Virus record (IMG/VR): IMGVR_UViG_3300025723_000013
Source of the DNA: a virus
Lineage: Duplodnaviria; Caudoviricetes
Length of the DNA: 64,000 nt
Reading direction: 5' to 3' (one strand)
Positions 44,102-54,334 of the stretch are shown here, piece after piece. The position numbers and the translations under genes were made by a program. The notes under the pieces are model-generated. The model saw only the letters and a program-made list of their open reading frames with translations, made no database searches and was not told the DNA's origin. The first letter of the stretch is position 1; every line of letters starts with the position of its first letter.

Positions 44102-45520
44102 TTACTTTTTGGAAATATTTAAAGCAAACTGTGCACGCTTCTTTTCTTTAGGAGTTCCTGTTTTAGCAAGACTTTTCAATTCACTTTTACTAAATTTTTC
44201 ATCTTTTTTCTTGCCTTCTTGCTTGCGCAGTGCACCTTTGGTTGTGCCTTGTACAGCTTTTTTAACCCAGTTTTTTCCTTCGTCCATCGGTTTGTCCTTA
44301 TGTATTGGGCATTTGTCTTGGCCTTTCTTATCACATAAACAAACGCCTGTTCCGGCTTGACGAGTTGATGACTGTTGTGCTTTGGTTTGCGCATCAAATT
44401 TTTTCTGCCCTGCCTTTACATAAGGTTTCATTTCTTCACTGATATTTCCATGCACAGGACACTTGGTTTTTCCTTTGGTTTTGCAGCAGCATTTGTCTTT
44501 CATTGTGCTTTCCATGTAACCGCTGCATTCCTTCATACCATGCACTGGACACATTTTGCCCTTGGGTGAATGATTGCATCGAGATTCATCCACGCCAACC
44601 TTATTTCTTTCTTTTTTGGAAATTTTTTGACCTGATTTCAATTCCGCTTTGACTTGTGCTTTTTCCAACCATTTGGGCTTGTGCGGAGCTGCTTCTGCAA
44701 TAAATTCTGCATAATCGGCCAGCAATTTTTCCAAGGTAGATTCGCGGGTGGTCATGGTACTGCGACGATTTCTATCAACCAATTCATCTTTGGCGGCCAC
44801 AGCATTTTGATCTCCGTCACCAATGCGGTTAAATGTACCAGGCAGAAGCTCTTCATCTGGACTATTATCCATGGCACGGTGGCTGTGCCCGTTCATTCGA
44901 TCTTCTTCGAACTCTTCCTCGTCGTCATGGACTAGCATTTTTGAGTCTTCGTGACCTTCCATGCCATCCAGAGTCTTGATCAAATCTTTCATTTCTTGCC
45001 CTTGCGATAACACAGGCGAAGCTACCAGTTTGCTTGGTCCTGCGTCTGGTTTTTCAATGGGCATATGATCCATTTCAACCTTGTGAACACCAGCTAGATT
45101 CATGATATCTTTTAACATTCCAGACAGTTCTGGACCGTTATCGGCAGTAATATTAATGCTTGCATGTCCCCGGCTTTGTGCACCATCCATAGGCATCATT
45201 CCACATTCTTCCAGTGCTTCATTAATGCCTGACAAATAACGCAAGCTGTTTACATCTAATTCTTTCATGATTTTTCCTTCGTTGTTTCGGTTATCACTAC
45301 CGCCAATTCCATTATGTTTTTTTCCTGCAGGATCTGGATTTTCTTCATTGCCATTGCCTACCACACTCTGTGTATCGGGTGCTCCGCCTTGATAGCCATC
45401 ATAGGCAGAATTCCTATCTTCCTTGGTTTTTTTATCTTTAACCATGGGATTGATGACGTTTTTGTTGCCTTCGTCCAATTCAGCCAATCTGTTGAGAACA
45501 TTGATCATGTGCATGATCAA
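44102..45520 (-). CDS. Modular head-internal-type protein with Cys/His modules
   Basis: Three C..CP(V/I)H modules; basic C-terminus. Confidence 0.75.
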   Translation of the reverse strand: MIMHMINVLNRLAELDEGNKNVINPMVKDKKTKEDRNSAYDGYQGGAPDTQSVVGNGNEENPDPAGKKHNGIGGSDNRNNEGKIMKELDVNSLRYLSGINEALEECGMMPMDGAQSRGHASINITADNGPELSGMLKDIMNLAGVHKVEMDHMPIEKPDAGPSKLVASPVLSQGQEMKDLIKTLDGMEGHEDSKMLVHDDEEEFEEDRMNGHSHRAMDNSPDEELLPGTFNRIGDGDQNAVAAKDELVDRNRRSTMTTRESTLEKLLADYAEFIAEAAPHKPKWLEKAQVKAELKSGQKISKKERNKVGVDESRCNHSPKGKMCPVHGMKECSGYMESTMKDKCCCKTKGKTKCPVHGNISEEMKPYVKAGQKKFDAQTKAQQSSTRQAGTGVCLCDKKGQDKCPIHKDKPMDEGKNWVKKAVQGTTKGALRKQEGKKKDEKFSKSELKSLAKTGTPKEKKRAQFALNISKK

Positions 45521-46107
45521 AACTTCCTTACTTCAGGAGCCTGCTTCAATAGACTCTTGTCATTTGCTTTATCATCCACATTGTAATGTGCCTGCCCTTC
45601 GCTAGGAATTTGTTCGCCGCGTGCTTTGCGTTGCAGTTTTAATAATTCATTTAATTCTTTCACGAACCCCGAATTGTATTTGTCGCCATAATAATCTTCA
45701 AATTTGTGGTTTGGCGCTTCCTTATAATCGGGGTCATTTAATAATGCACCTTCTCTGGGTTCCGTGGGCTGCTGATATATTTCTAGATCTTCGCCAGGAT
45801 GACGAACAACCATGGCATCCTTGGTAATTCCCAAACTGGTACTGAGATACTCATGCAGCTCGCCCTGTGTGACAGGATAATCCACAGTGGCCTCGTAGAT
45901 GGTTACTTCGGCATTCTTGATTTTGGGAAAGTCTAAAGGTAATTCCTGTATGGGGGTAATCCCAACTTTCTTCCATTGAGACAGTTGGTATTTCTCCAGT
46001 AATCCCTTCATCATATCGGCCTGCTCAGGCGTAAATTTGCCCGCGACCTTGATACGGAAGTTCCATTTTTTTGTGCTTTCTGCTAGATATGTCTTAAAAT
46101 TTTTCAT
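45517..46107 (-). CDS. Late protein with T4 CTS-like leader
   Basis: MKNFKTYLAES; TAAATA upstream. Confidence 0.75.
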   Translation of the reverse strand: MKNFKTYLAESTKKWNFRIKVAGKFTPEQADMMKGLLEKYQLSQWKKVGITPIQELPLDFPKIKNAEVTIYEATVDYPVTQGELHEYLSTSLGITKDAMVVRHPGEDLEIYQQPTEPREGALLNDPDYKEAPNHKFEDYYGDKYNSGFVKELNELLKLQRKARGEQIPSEGQAHYNVDDKANDKSLLKQAPEVRKF

Positions 46108-46131
46108 AGTTAATTTGTTCCTATGCTTTAT

Positions 46132-46602
46132 TTATTTCAAATTCTTAAGTTTTTCCAATATGGAGTTTCGATCTGTCATAATATAGCCTTCGCCCTGTAC
46201 CTCATTGTCTTGTCCATGTTTTTTATCAATAGCTAGCTTTTTAAGCTGTAAATCTACCATTTTTAATTTTTTGTCTATTTTGGCACTTTTAGCTTGTATA
46301 GCTGCGTTCATCATATTGGCCGCTACTTCAAACATGCGAGCGCCATAGCGTGCTTCTACATTCATTCCTAGATCCATTAAATCGTCATAGGCCTGCTCGG
46401 CTTTGACAGCCAATGCGTCCAGTTCGGCATCACTTATATCCCCTAGTCCTTTGACTCTGGGCAAAGCCGCAGATATCTTGTCAAATTCTTCAAGTTTAGA
46501 TTGCAGATCAATAGTGGGAGGAGCCATAGTAGCTTCTTTCGCGGGAATAATGTCCTCGGTCTTGGGGTCAATGTTTAAAATTTCTTCTAATTTTTTTGTC
46601 AT
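46132..46602 (-). CDS. Putative terminase small subunit
   Basis: Helical, ARMFEVA resembles the gp16 PRAYEV motif; context. Confidence 0.45.
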   Translation of the reverse strand: MTKKLEEILNIDPKTEDIIPAKEATMAPPTIDLQSKLEEFDKISAALPRVKGLGDISDAELDALAVKAEQAYDDLMDLGMNVEARYGARMFEVAANMMNAAIQAKSAKIDKKLKMVDLQLKKLAIDKKHGQDNEVQGEGYIMTDRNSILEKLKNLK

Positions 46603-47036
46603 TTTTTAGTACCTAAAAATAAATCATGTTCGGTTATTATGCGGAAAATCATTCCGGCCTGTTTGCAATAATTTCTAGCTGCTTGCCATTTTACCATGTT
46701 GCGAACATACTGTGCTTGATTGTACTTGTTTTTTCCAACATTTTCCAGTATGGCCTGATTGGCAGGTTTTATTTCCCAAATCTCTGCACGTTTTTTATTT
46801 GATTTATCTACAAATACCACAAGGAAATCCGGAACGTAAACAGTGGCCTTGCCTGTTAAAGGATCACGATAAGGTATTTTAACGCTTTCGCTGGCCCATT
46901 GATGTATGGCAGGATTTTCATCGCACATTTTCATTACAGCAATTTCCCAACTTGAGCGAAATCGCGGGGTTCCTCGCCCGATGTACTTATCAGGATTTTT
47001 GAGTTTGTAACTGCCTTGTGAAAATCTTAGACTCAT
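46599..47036 (-). CDS. Head completion nuclease gp4-like (TnsA-type)
   Basis: RSSWE, WASES..IPY, YVPDF, EIKP. Confidence 0.85.
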   Translation of the reverse strand: MSLRFSQGSYKLKNPDKYIGRGTPRFRSSWEIAVMKMCDENPAIHQWASESVKIPYRDPLTGKATVYVPDFLVVFVDKSNKKRAEIWEIKPANQAILENVGKNKYNQAQYVRNMVKWQAARNYCKQAGMIFRIITEHDLFLGTKK

Positions 47037-47428
47037 TTTACTTTTGGAGTATTGTCTATGATCTGTCTGGTAACTTCCTGTGATGGCTGGAATGATTGAC
47101 TAGCTCCCAGCAAACTAGTTTTCAGTCTATTATAATTTAATATTTCGGCAACCAATCCGCTAATCTCAGTTGATCCCAGTGTTCTTAATGTATCTAAAAT
47201 CTGTAGAGCATTATATCCGTCTTGCAATGCCTGCGTGAGTATTGTTATTGCTGTTGATTCTGCGGCAACTGCTTGAAAACCTCTGCTCTCAAAAAAACCC
47301 GTCATAGCGATTAGCTCGTTGTTGTTTATAGTGATTGGAGTGCTAAAGTAATTGTTCATTACCTGTATTGTTTGATCAGAGCTGGATGGAGCTTTTTGTG
47401 AAGGAATATTAGTGTACAAAGCTGTCAT
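47033..47428 (-). CDS. Hypothetical virion-region protein
   Basis: Coupled ORF. Confidence 0.7.
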   Translation of the reverse strand: MTALYTNIPSQKAPSSSDQTIQVMNNYFSTPITINNNELIAMTGFFESRGFQAVAAESTAITILTQALQDGYNALQILDTLRTLGSTEISGLVAEILNYNRLKTSLLGASQSFQPSQEVTRQIIDNTPKVK

Positions 47429-48603
47429 ATTATTGGTCCGACACCTAATTTTTCACTGTAGGAAGGTAACTCAACTTGCGTTGCTTGTGTGGCATTTGAG
47501 GGTTGAGATCCTGCAGGAACACTTATTCCTGCAGGATTGGTGCTTTGTGATTCATTCAAAGACTGAGATGATAATATATTTGGTCCTGAAGTTTTCAGCA
47601 GTAGACTGAAAAATTTAACATTAGAATTAGGGGGTATAAAAATACTATCTGGTAATCTGGATCCAGCAGCCGCAATTGTTTCGCTGTTTATTCTATCAAG
47701 ATCGCTGTTGCCAGGATTGTTCAAACTGCCTCTAATATCCGTAATTCCCGATACTGACCCATTTTGATCTACAACTGTGGGATTCCCTTGTCCTCCAATG
47801 CCGATGGTACTGAAGGCTGTATCATAATGTTCAGGGCTATTAAATCCACTTTGAGAAATAACGCGATTATCCGGATTGGTATCATAAATCATTGTTTCGT
47901 ATTCTATGATCATTTTGCTGGCTGCTATTTTACTTCCTGCTGACTGATCTAACGATTCATGCGACCAGTCTTTTATCAAGGGTTTGACCAATTTAAACGC
48001 TGTGTATTTCTTTTGATTTAATTGAAAAATATCTATTGATTCAATGAAAGGTATGGATTGTCCATTACTCAATCCAAATTTGTTGGAATTGCTGATGAAG
48101 TCGTTGTATTTGTTATCGCTATATTTAGGCACTGTAGACGCTTGCGTTATACTCACACGTCCGGTGTCATTGCTGTCTCCGTAATAGTATGTATAATAAC
48201 TTTTCCAAAAATTAGTTGAAAGATTTGCCATGTCATCATGAAACGTGATAGAAATTGGACTGTAATTTATTTTCTTTTGTATAATGTGCTTTCTATTATA
48301 CTGATTCATTATTTCGGTATCAATTGTGAATTTAGGCAAATCTACCTGTTTGGATAACAAACCTATAAATCCTTTGTATCTGCCATACCATCTATTAAAT
48401 TCTATATATGCAACAGTATCGGTAATAGCCTTGGCTATATCCGCATTAATGTTGATCCTTACATAATATATCCATCCAGCTTTTGGGCTAAATTCATAGA
48501 TACGATCTGGCGTACTTCTTAGATATAATCTAGAAGCATGTTGGTAGTCTCTAAGATTTACCCCAGCACTGCCGCTTAATTGATTTACCCACCCGCTTGA
48601 CAT
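47425..48603 (-). CDS. Tail-tube-like baseplate protein (gp54/gp48-type)
   Basis: VDLPKF, QYNRK, YSPISITFHDD. Confidence 0.65.
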   Translation of the reverse strand: MSSGWVNQLSGSAGVNLRDYQHASRLYLRSTPDRIYEFSPKAGWIYYVRININADIAKAITDTVAYIEFNRWYGRYKGFIGLLSKQVDLPKFTIDTEIMNQYNRKHIIQKKINYSPISITFHDDMANLSTNFWKSYYTYYYGDSNDTGRVSITQASTVPKYSDNKYNDFISNSNKFGLSNGQSIPFIESIDIFQLNQKKYTAFKLVKPLIKDWSHESLDQSAGSKIAASKMIIEYETMIYDTNPDNRVISQSGFNSPEHYDTAFSTIGIGGQGNPTVVDQNGSVSGITDIRGSLNNPGNSDLDRINSETIAAAGSRLPDSIFIPPNSNVKFFSLLLKTSGPNILSSQSLNESQSTNPAGISVPAGSQPSNATQATQVELPSYSEKLGVGPII

Positions 48604-48622
48604 AGTGTTTTATTTATCTATA

Positions 48623-48652
48623 AAAAAAGGCGTAATAAATTACGCCTTTTTT
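48623..48652. terminator. Bidirectional terminator
   Basis: AAAAAAGGCGTAAT-AA-ATTACGCCTTTTTT. Confidence 0.85.
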
Positions 48653-48671
48653 ATCAGTGTATAAAAAAATA

Positions 48672-49328
48672 TTAAGCCGGAATTCCACTACCGCCGGCTC
48701 CGCCGGTAGCTAATGTTCCGGCTGTTTGCCTAATCCGCTCACCAATTCCTACTAGTGATCCAGCAGCATTGAGTTGAATGGCATTGTCATATCTAACAGT
48801 CAATGTGATCTCTAATGGATCACTGGTTTTATAATCACCTTGAGAGTATGCAGCTTTGTTTAAAAAGCAGCCATCCAATTCAAAAGTTTCTAAAACAACC
48901 GGACCATATTGGTTGCCATTTCCGCCATCTAAAATTTGTATCAACGTGGTAAATTTATAATCTATTCCGCTTACAGCACTGCTTTGTTCATAAAAGTCAA
49001 ATTGCTTTTGAAGCTGTTCGCCAACCAGTCTACTGACGTTGCCTTGTGCATCATCTCTAATTTTGATTTCAACGTCATCCCACTTGGCCTTGCCTGCTAG
49101 TTTGATTCGACTATTATAAACATCTAGAGTGATGTCATCAAAACTGGGTGATGGTCTACCTGCACTCATAACTTGTTTGGTCAATTCGGTAGTGGGTTTT
49201 GTAACACCAAAATTTTCAAAAAGTACGCGAAAACGATATGCCAGTTTTGGCATCAGCAGCCCTTGATTGGATGCACTCTGAGATGTGTCTAACGGTACTC
49301 CTAAATTGCTTAAACTTGAAATTGCCAT
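48672..49328 (-). CDS. Tail tube protein gp19-like
   Basis: PKLAYRFRV, AGKAKWDD...IRDD, LTVRYDNA. Confidence 0.85.
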   Translation of the reverse strand: MAISSLSNLGVPLDTSQSASNQGLLMPKLAYRFRVLFENFGVTKPTTELTKQVMSAGRPSPSFDDITLDVYNSRIKLAGKAKWDDVEIKIRDDAQGNVSRLVGEQLQKQFDFYEQSSAVSGIDYKFTTLIQILDGGNGNQYGPVVLETFELDGCFLNKAAYSQGDYKTSDPLEITLTVRYDNAIQLNAAGSLVGIGERIRQTAGTLATGGAGGSGIPA

Positions 49329-49356
49329 TTAATGCTCCTTGTTCTATTTTGTTAAA

Positions 49357-52300
49357 TTAGGCCTTTGCGCCTGCTGCGATAGCACCGGTGTTGACCAATC
49401 TCAATGGGATGTAAATAAACTCTACAGCTTTAACTGGTTCAATGGCAATGTCTACCCATAACTCACTGCGATCAATTCTCGAAGGAGTATTGTTTGATGT
49501 ATCGCATACTGTGATATAATCGTAAATCGCTCTTTGTGCTACCAATTCTAAAAGAAGATTATCAACTGCTCCTTTTATTTCAGAACGAGTGATCGAATCG
49601 TTTGGTTCAAACAAGAACGGACGAGCCAGTATTTCTAACTGTCTGCGCAGATAGCAAACTAGTCTAGCAACGTTAATACGATCCAAGCTACTGGCCACAC
49701 TTGCACGAGTATATTGCCCCATTACTACCAACCCGGAACCCGGGATAGTGGCTATTGGATTGACTTTGGCTTCTGCTAATACATTTCTTAAACCTTCATA
49801 CAGTGAAGTTTGTACAAATTCATCAGTGGTTGGATCAACATATCCTACCGCTGTGGCATTTTGAACCACGCCTCGTCTTAGTCCAGCTGGAGCAAACCAC
49901 GGATAACTTACATTATCGCTGTTGGCAATGGTATATAACATCATGTGACTAGGTGGTACAACTATATAATTTCCAAAGTTATCATTGCTATAACCGCTGG
50001 GATAATAAAAAGCCGTGTAGTCGTCGTAAGTTACCGCACCAACATCGCCGTTATCCAAAGCACCATTGGTGTTATTGCCCCAAGCACTAAGTGTGGTGGC
50101 ATCTGGTTCCAATCGGAAAGGAGTATCTGCCACAACAAATGCCGTTTGATTTCTATCCGAATTTAGATTGACCAAATTCTGCACAGCTTCTGGATAGCCA
50201 GGGCATGCCAGTAGATTGAATACAAGTGTATCGGTATCTCTTACAGCAGCATTGGTATCAATTAAAGATTTTAATGCTGCAACAACCACAGCTCTTTGTG
50301 CATGTCTTCCAAAGGTACCAACTCCTTGACTATCATTAGGACTTGCTGTTACCCAGCGATCCGCTTCATAGTTGGACAAAGGATCACTGTTGTATCTGAT
50401 ATTGACACCATTGTTGGCATTCAGATTGATGTAATCACTAACATATTTCTTAACATTGAATCCACTGCGACGTGTATTCCATAATCTTGTACCCTGTGGA
50501 TACAAAGCCGGATCAGGTGCATCTGGATCAAGATAATTGCTTCCTAGCATGACCTTGATCGGTGTTACTGTAGACATGCTGGATGCTCCACTGGTGCTCC
50601 AGCGAGCATCCGCAAATAGCCAACCATTTGGTGTGGTATGATCGGTTGGATCTTGCAAAACCCAGGTCAATGTTGAACCATTATACACATAAATTTGATG
50701 ACCATAACTGTCTATGGGCGAAGTCTGTATCCAAATGTCTCCATTTGTTAACGGAGTTCCGTCACTTTGCGTGGTAGGAGCCGAAGCCGAAACCAAAGGA
50801 CCGTTTGGATCACTATTTGGGAACTGATTTAAATATCCCACCCAAGTTGTTCCGTTTTGATATAAAATATCCACTTGATCAGTCATGGAATCGTACCATA
50901 ACTGTCCATCGGCAGGAGTAGTGGAAGGAGCCGTCGGTAATGATTGATAAAACAACGGAGCCCAGTTGCTTGCACGCAAACTGTATCCATTGGTTTGATA
51001 TCTACCTGTACGATATAGGTTTGGCGTAGTTTGTGGATTAAATCCTAAAGCATTGGGACTGCCGCCAGTCAATGGAGAATTGGTTCCATCTGCTATCTTA
51101 AAATCTCCACCTAACGCATGACTTATTGTGATTGTGCCATTGGTGCCAGCGGACGGGCTATAAGTTGCAGAAACATTGCTAAATCCTGCAGCACTAATAG
51201 CTGTAACCAGCGCGTTCAATGATGTGGCTGTGTTGTTTGCTGGCTGCGGAGCAATGGTCACTGTGGCAGTATTAAAATGTCCAAATACTCCTGCTAGAGT
51301 TTCATTCAAGACAAATGTACTATTTGTTGCGGTGTTGAATCCAGTAAATGAGTTAGGTACGGCATAGCTAATAGTTGTAGGAGCTACAGCTTTTCTTCTG
51401 TATACCTTAAATTCAGCTAAAAATTGCGAACTAGTTGATCCGCCTTTGCCCTGATCATAATTACTGCAAACAAATAGTGTTCCAACAGGAATTTGTGTTC
51501 CTCCGGTCAAATCCAAATTGAAGATTGCTGCATCGGTACTTTTGTAGATGGGGGCCGCCACTGTTCCAAAAGTCTGTGTTGCTCCGTTATAATAACTAAC
51601 AGACCAATTGGCTCCATTATTTGGAGGCGTTGTTTTGATATACACACTTCCACTAGGATTTCCATTAGCTGCAAATTGCGGAACCTGCGTGTGTGGCTGT
51701 ATGGCAAGACTTACTGCTGCATAGGTTGACGTAAATCCTAGAGGACCCACGGCCGATCCACTTAGAGAAATGCTGCCTTTGTAAGTGACATCGCTAGCAT
51801 CTGCATATAATGCCACTTGACCATTAAGCACTCTAGCTCCTACTCCGTGTGTGTACATCACACTGTTTATGCTCGAAACAACTTGCGAGGTGCTAGTTCC
51901 GCTAAAAGTAATGGATTGTCCGTTAACGGTAAGTGACAGTCCGGTATTAAATGAGCTGCTTATTCCTGAACTGACCGCGATAGGATAACTGGTTTGCCAG
52001 CAAGTGCTTCCGTTCCAGGTTGGACTAAATGTTTGTTCCCAATTGCTGCCGACCAATACCCAGACATTATCGCTGTTTTTATACCATAGTTCATTGGTAT
52101 TTTCTTGCGTAACTACCATGGCATATGCGCCAAGCGTTCCAAAACTTGGATTCGGGGTCCAATAAGGATTTCCCATAAAATCAGTGGAACTAGCGGCAAC
52201 TGAGTTTTTATTTGTGTCGTCAATGATAAGAAGGGTTTGATTTTCAAACAATCCAGAAGTGGCGTTCCATTCGCTTACTCCAAATACCGAATTGGCGGAG

Positions 52301-52716
52301 TTTAACCAATAAGTTCCTGCTACTGGACTGCCTGTAACCGGGCTGGACTGTGGTTCTAACTGCCCTAAATCAATATCAGCACGAACAACATATGCGCGAC
52401 TGCTGATACCCAACAAACTATGCGCAGCTTGCAACCCATATTCGTTTAACTCACCACCGTTTACAGGGTTTCCATTTGAGTCAGTTTGAAAAGTTGGATT
52501 TCCAAATGTACTACCCAAATCAAGCTGACTGGTAATTGTCCAAACTTTTCCTGCATTAGCACCTAATGTGCCTGCTGCTGTTCCAGTAGCACTGCTGTTC
52601 TTCTTGTTGGCAGCAGATGCCACAAAAATTAGAGGAACTGTTCCAGGAGCTGCTGGATTATAAAAACTCTCGTCAACAACTGTGACGGATACGCCTGGTG
52701 AATTTAGTGTTGCCAT
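49357..52716 (-). CDS. Tail sheath protein gp18-like (1119 aa, large insertion)
   Basis: LNSPGVSV, YPWFAPAGLRRG, LDRINVARL, FLFEPND, AVEFIYIP. Confidence 0.95.
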   Translation of the reverse strand: MATLNSPGVSVTVVDESFYNPAAPGTVPLIFVASAANKKNSSATGTAAGTLGANAGKVWTITSQLDLGSTFGNPTFQTDSNGNPVNGGELNEYGLQAAHSLLGISSRAYVVRADIDLGQLEPQSSPVTGSPVAGTYWLNSANSVFGVSEWNATSGLFENQTLLIIDDTNKNSVAASSTDFMGNPYWTPNPSFGTLGAYAMVVTQENTNELWYKNSDNVWVLVGSNWEQTFSPTWNGSTCWQTSYPIAVSSGISSSFNTGLSLTVNGQSITFSGTSTSQVVSSINSVMYTHGVGARVLNGQVALYADASDVTYKGSISLSGSAVGPLGFTSTYAAVSLAIQPHTQVPQFAANGNPSGSVYIKTTPPNNGANWSVSYYNGATQTFGTVAAPIYKSTDAAIFNLDLTGGTQIPVGTLFVCSNYDQGKGGSTSSQFLAEFKVYRRKAVAPTTISYAVPNSFTGFNTATNSTFVLNETLAGVFGHFNTATVTIAPQPANNTATSLNALVTAISAAGFSNVSATYSPSAGTNGTITISHALGGDFKIADGTNSPLTGGSPNALGFNPQTTPNLYRTGRYQTNGYSLRASNWAPLFYQSLPTAPSTTPADGQLWYDSMTDQVDILYQNGTTWVGYLNQFPNSDPNGPLVSASAPTTQSDGTPLTNGDIWIQTSPIDSYGHQIYVYNGSTLTWVLQDPTDHTTPNGWLFADARWSTSGASSMSTVTPIKVMLGSNYLDPDAPDPALYPQGTRLWNTRRSGFNVKKYVSDYINLNANNGVNIRYNSDPLSNYEADRWVTASPNDSQGVGTFGRHAQRAVVVAALKSLIDTNAAVRDTDTLVFNLLACPGYPEAVQNLVNLNSDRNQTAFVVADTPFRLEPDATTLSAWGNNTNGALDNGDVGAVTYDDYTAFYYPSGYSNDNFGNYIVVPPSHMMLYTIANSDNVSYPWFAPAGLRRGVVQNATAVGYVDPTTDEFVQTSLYEGLRNVLAEAKVNPIATIPGSGLVVMGQYTRASVASSLDRINVARLVCYLRRQLEILARPFLFEPNDSITRSEIKGAVDNLLLELVAQRAIYDYITVCDTSNNTPSRIDRSELWVDIAIEPVKAVEFIYIPLRLVNTGAIAAGAKA

Positions 52717-52821
52717 TTATCGATCTCCTTGATGGATTGCTTATTTTTATTTATCGATTACCAACGGTTTTTACCGATTAAATATTCGGTAAATCACACT
52801 TTTTCAATGATTTGCAAATTA

Positions 52822-53469
52822 TTAAACGTTCTTGATAAAAGATTCGAGCTGTGGGAAAAGACACTGTATTCCTTGACTATTGTCGATCACAGCGTCAAAC
52901 CGGCTACCCACCCAAGACCATTCACTTGCATGTATTTTAGGATACTTTTGACTCATAAGTTCTCTCGCATCTTCCAGTATCCATAGATCAGACCAATCTG
53001 TGGTGTTTTCCTTTACAGCAGTTTCATACCATTCAGGCAGAGGACCTCGCTGTATCCAGACCACTTTGCCGCCTTGCTTACGAATAATTTCTATCTCATT
53101 TGGAAATCGGCAATCTGTGATAACAGTGTTGCCCTTTCTGTTACGCAATTTATTTTCTAAGGATGCGATCCAGATATCGTCGTGAAAACTTTGACGACAC
53201 ACTTCCGTTCCCCAATATTGTAGTATCCAACGGGGAGTAAGGTGTGGCATATCTAATCTTTCCGCCCACCAAGTATCTACTTTTTCTCTCTGCTCGCGGG
53301 CTTCTTTAGTTCTACCCTCAAGCATTTCGCGATCCCACCCAAAAATTAAAGACACAGCATCTTTAAGAGAATTTGCAAATGATTCTCTAGAAAACTGATG
53401 TTTTTCTACTAGATAATCTGCGGCTGTATCTTTGCCGCTGCCGATCCATCCCACAAATCCAATAATCAT
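52822..53469 (-). CDS. Deoxynucleoside monophosphate kinase (gp1-like)
   Basis: GWIGSGKDT, SFANSLKD, TPRWILQYWGTE, ITDCRF; promoter TTGACT-17-TACAAT at 53518-53490. Confidence 0.9.
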   Translation of the reverse strand: MIIGFVGWIGSGKDTAADYLVEKHQFSRESFANSLKDAVSLIFGWDREMLEGRTKEAREQREKVDTWWAERLDMPHLTPRWILQYWGTEVCRQSFHDDIWIASLENKLRNRKGNTVITDCRFPNEIEIIRKQGGKVVWIQRGPLPEWYETAVKENTTDWSDLWILEDARELMSQKYPKIHASEWSWVGSRFDAVIDNSQGIQCLFPQLESFIKNV

Positions 53470-53518
53470 AAAAATTTCCTCAATATTAAATTGTAATAAA
53501 ATTTAATAAAAAAGTCAA

Positions 53519-54286
53519 TTAACCTATGACAAAATACATGGGCTGTTGATTATCAAAGTTGTTGATCAGTTCTTTGTCCAGTTCTGCGGCCTTGTCAATC
53601 CCTTCTTTCTTGAGGGCTGTGCCATTCAGTTGAGTATTTCCGCCCTGCGGAGCAGCAATCGATGCAAATTTTTCGCGTGCCTCGCCCAGCATGATCTTGG
53701 CCATGGCCAAAGCGTAGTCCTTGATCCAAACTCCTGCATAGGGATCTTGGAATAGCGCAAAGTCTGGACGATAATTGTAAATCCATGCCAGTACATTTTC
53801 TTCTGTTTGAGGACGCTGAGATACACGTAGTTTTTTAGTGGTAGGATTAAAATCAAAGTTAATAAAGCTACCAAACATTTTACCAACTAGATTTTGATAG
53901 CTGGCAAACGCAAAGTAGGTCCCTAATCCACCCATGTTGCTGGAGCTTAACAGATAGGTGTTGGTGTAGGCTAGATTGAATGGTTCAAACAAGGATCCAC
54001 CATCGCCGCCGCCTGATCTTGAACCTATGCTGCGACGAAACAGTTGCCGAACCTGCATGACTTCTTTGGGCATGTAATATTCATTTTGGTTAACTTGCAA
54101 GGTTAAAAAAGCAAAACTTTCTTCGGTAGAGTTTTGGCTGCGCTGACGATATCTTGACAGAGCCTTGTCAATGGCGGTATTGTAATGTACTGGATCAAGT
54201 TCTATATCTATCATTCCATCACCTAAAAAGGTTTTGATATAGTCTATCACAAGCTGTCTTTGATTATCTAAGTCGTTGTTATCCAT
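53519..54286 (-). CDS. Neck protein gp13-like
   Basis: LG..MIDIELD, WIKDYALA..K..LGEAR.KF; context. Confidence 0.8.
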   Translation of the reverse strand: MDNNDLDNQRQLVIDYIKTFLGDGMIDIELDPVHYNTAIDKALSRYRQRSQNSTEESFAFLTLQVNQNEYYMPKEVMQVRQLFRRSIGSRSGGGDGGSLFEPFNLAYTNTYLLSSSNMGGLGTYFAFASYQNLVGKMFGSFINFDFNPTTKKLRVSQRPQTEENVLAWIYNYRPDFALFQDPYAGVWIKDYALAMAKIMLGEAREKFASIAAPQGGNTQLNGTALKKEGIDKAAELDKELINNFDNQQPMYFVIG

Positions 54287-54334
54287 ACTAGTATTTAGTT
54301 CAATAAATACAATAGCTTCACTAGGAGAAGTAAT

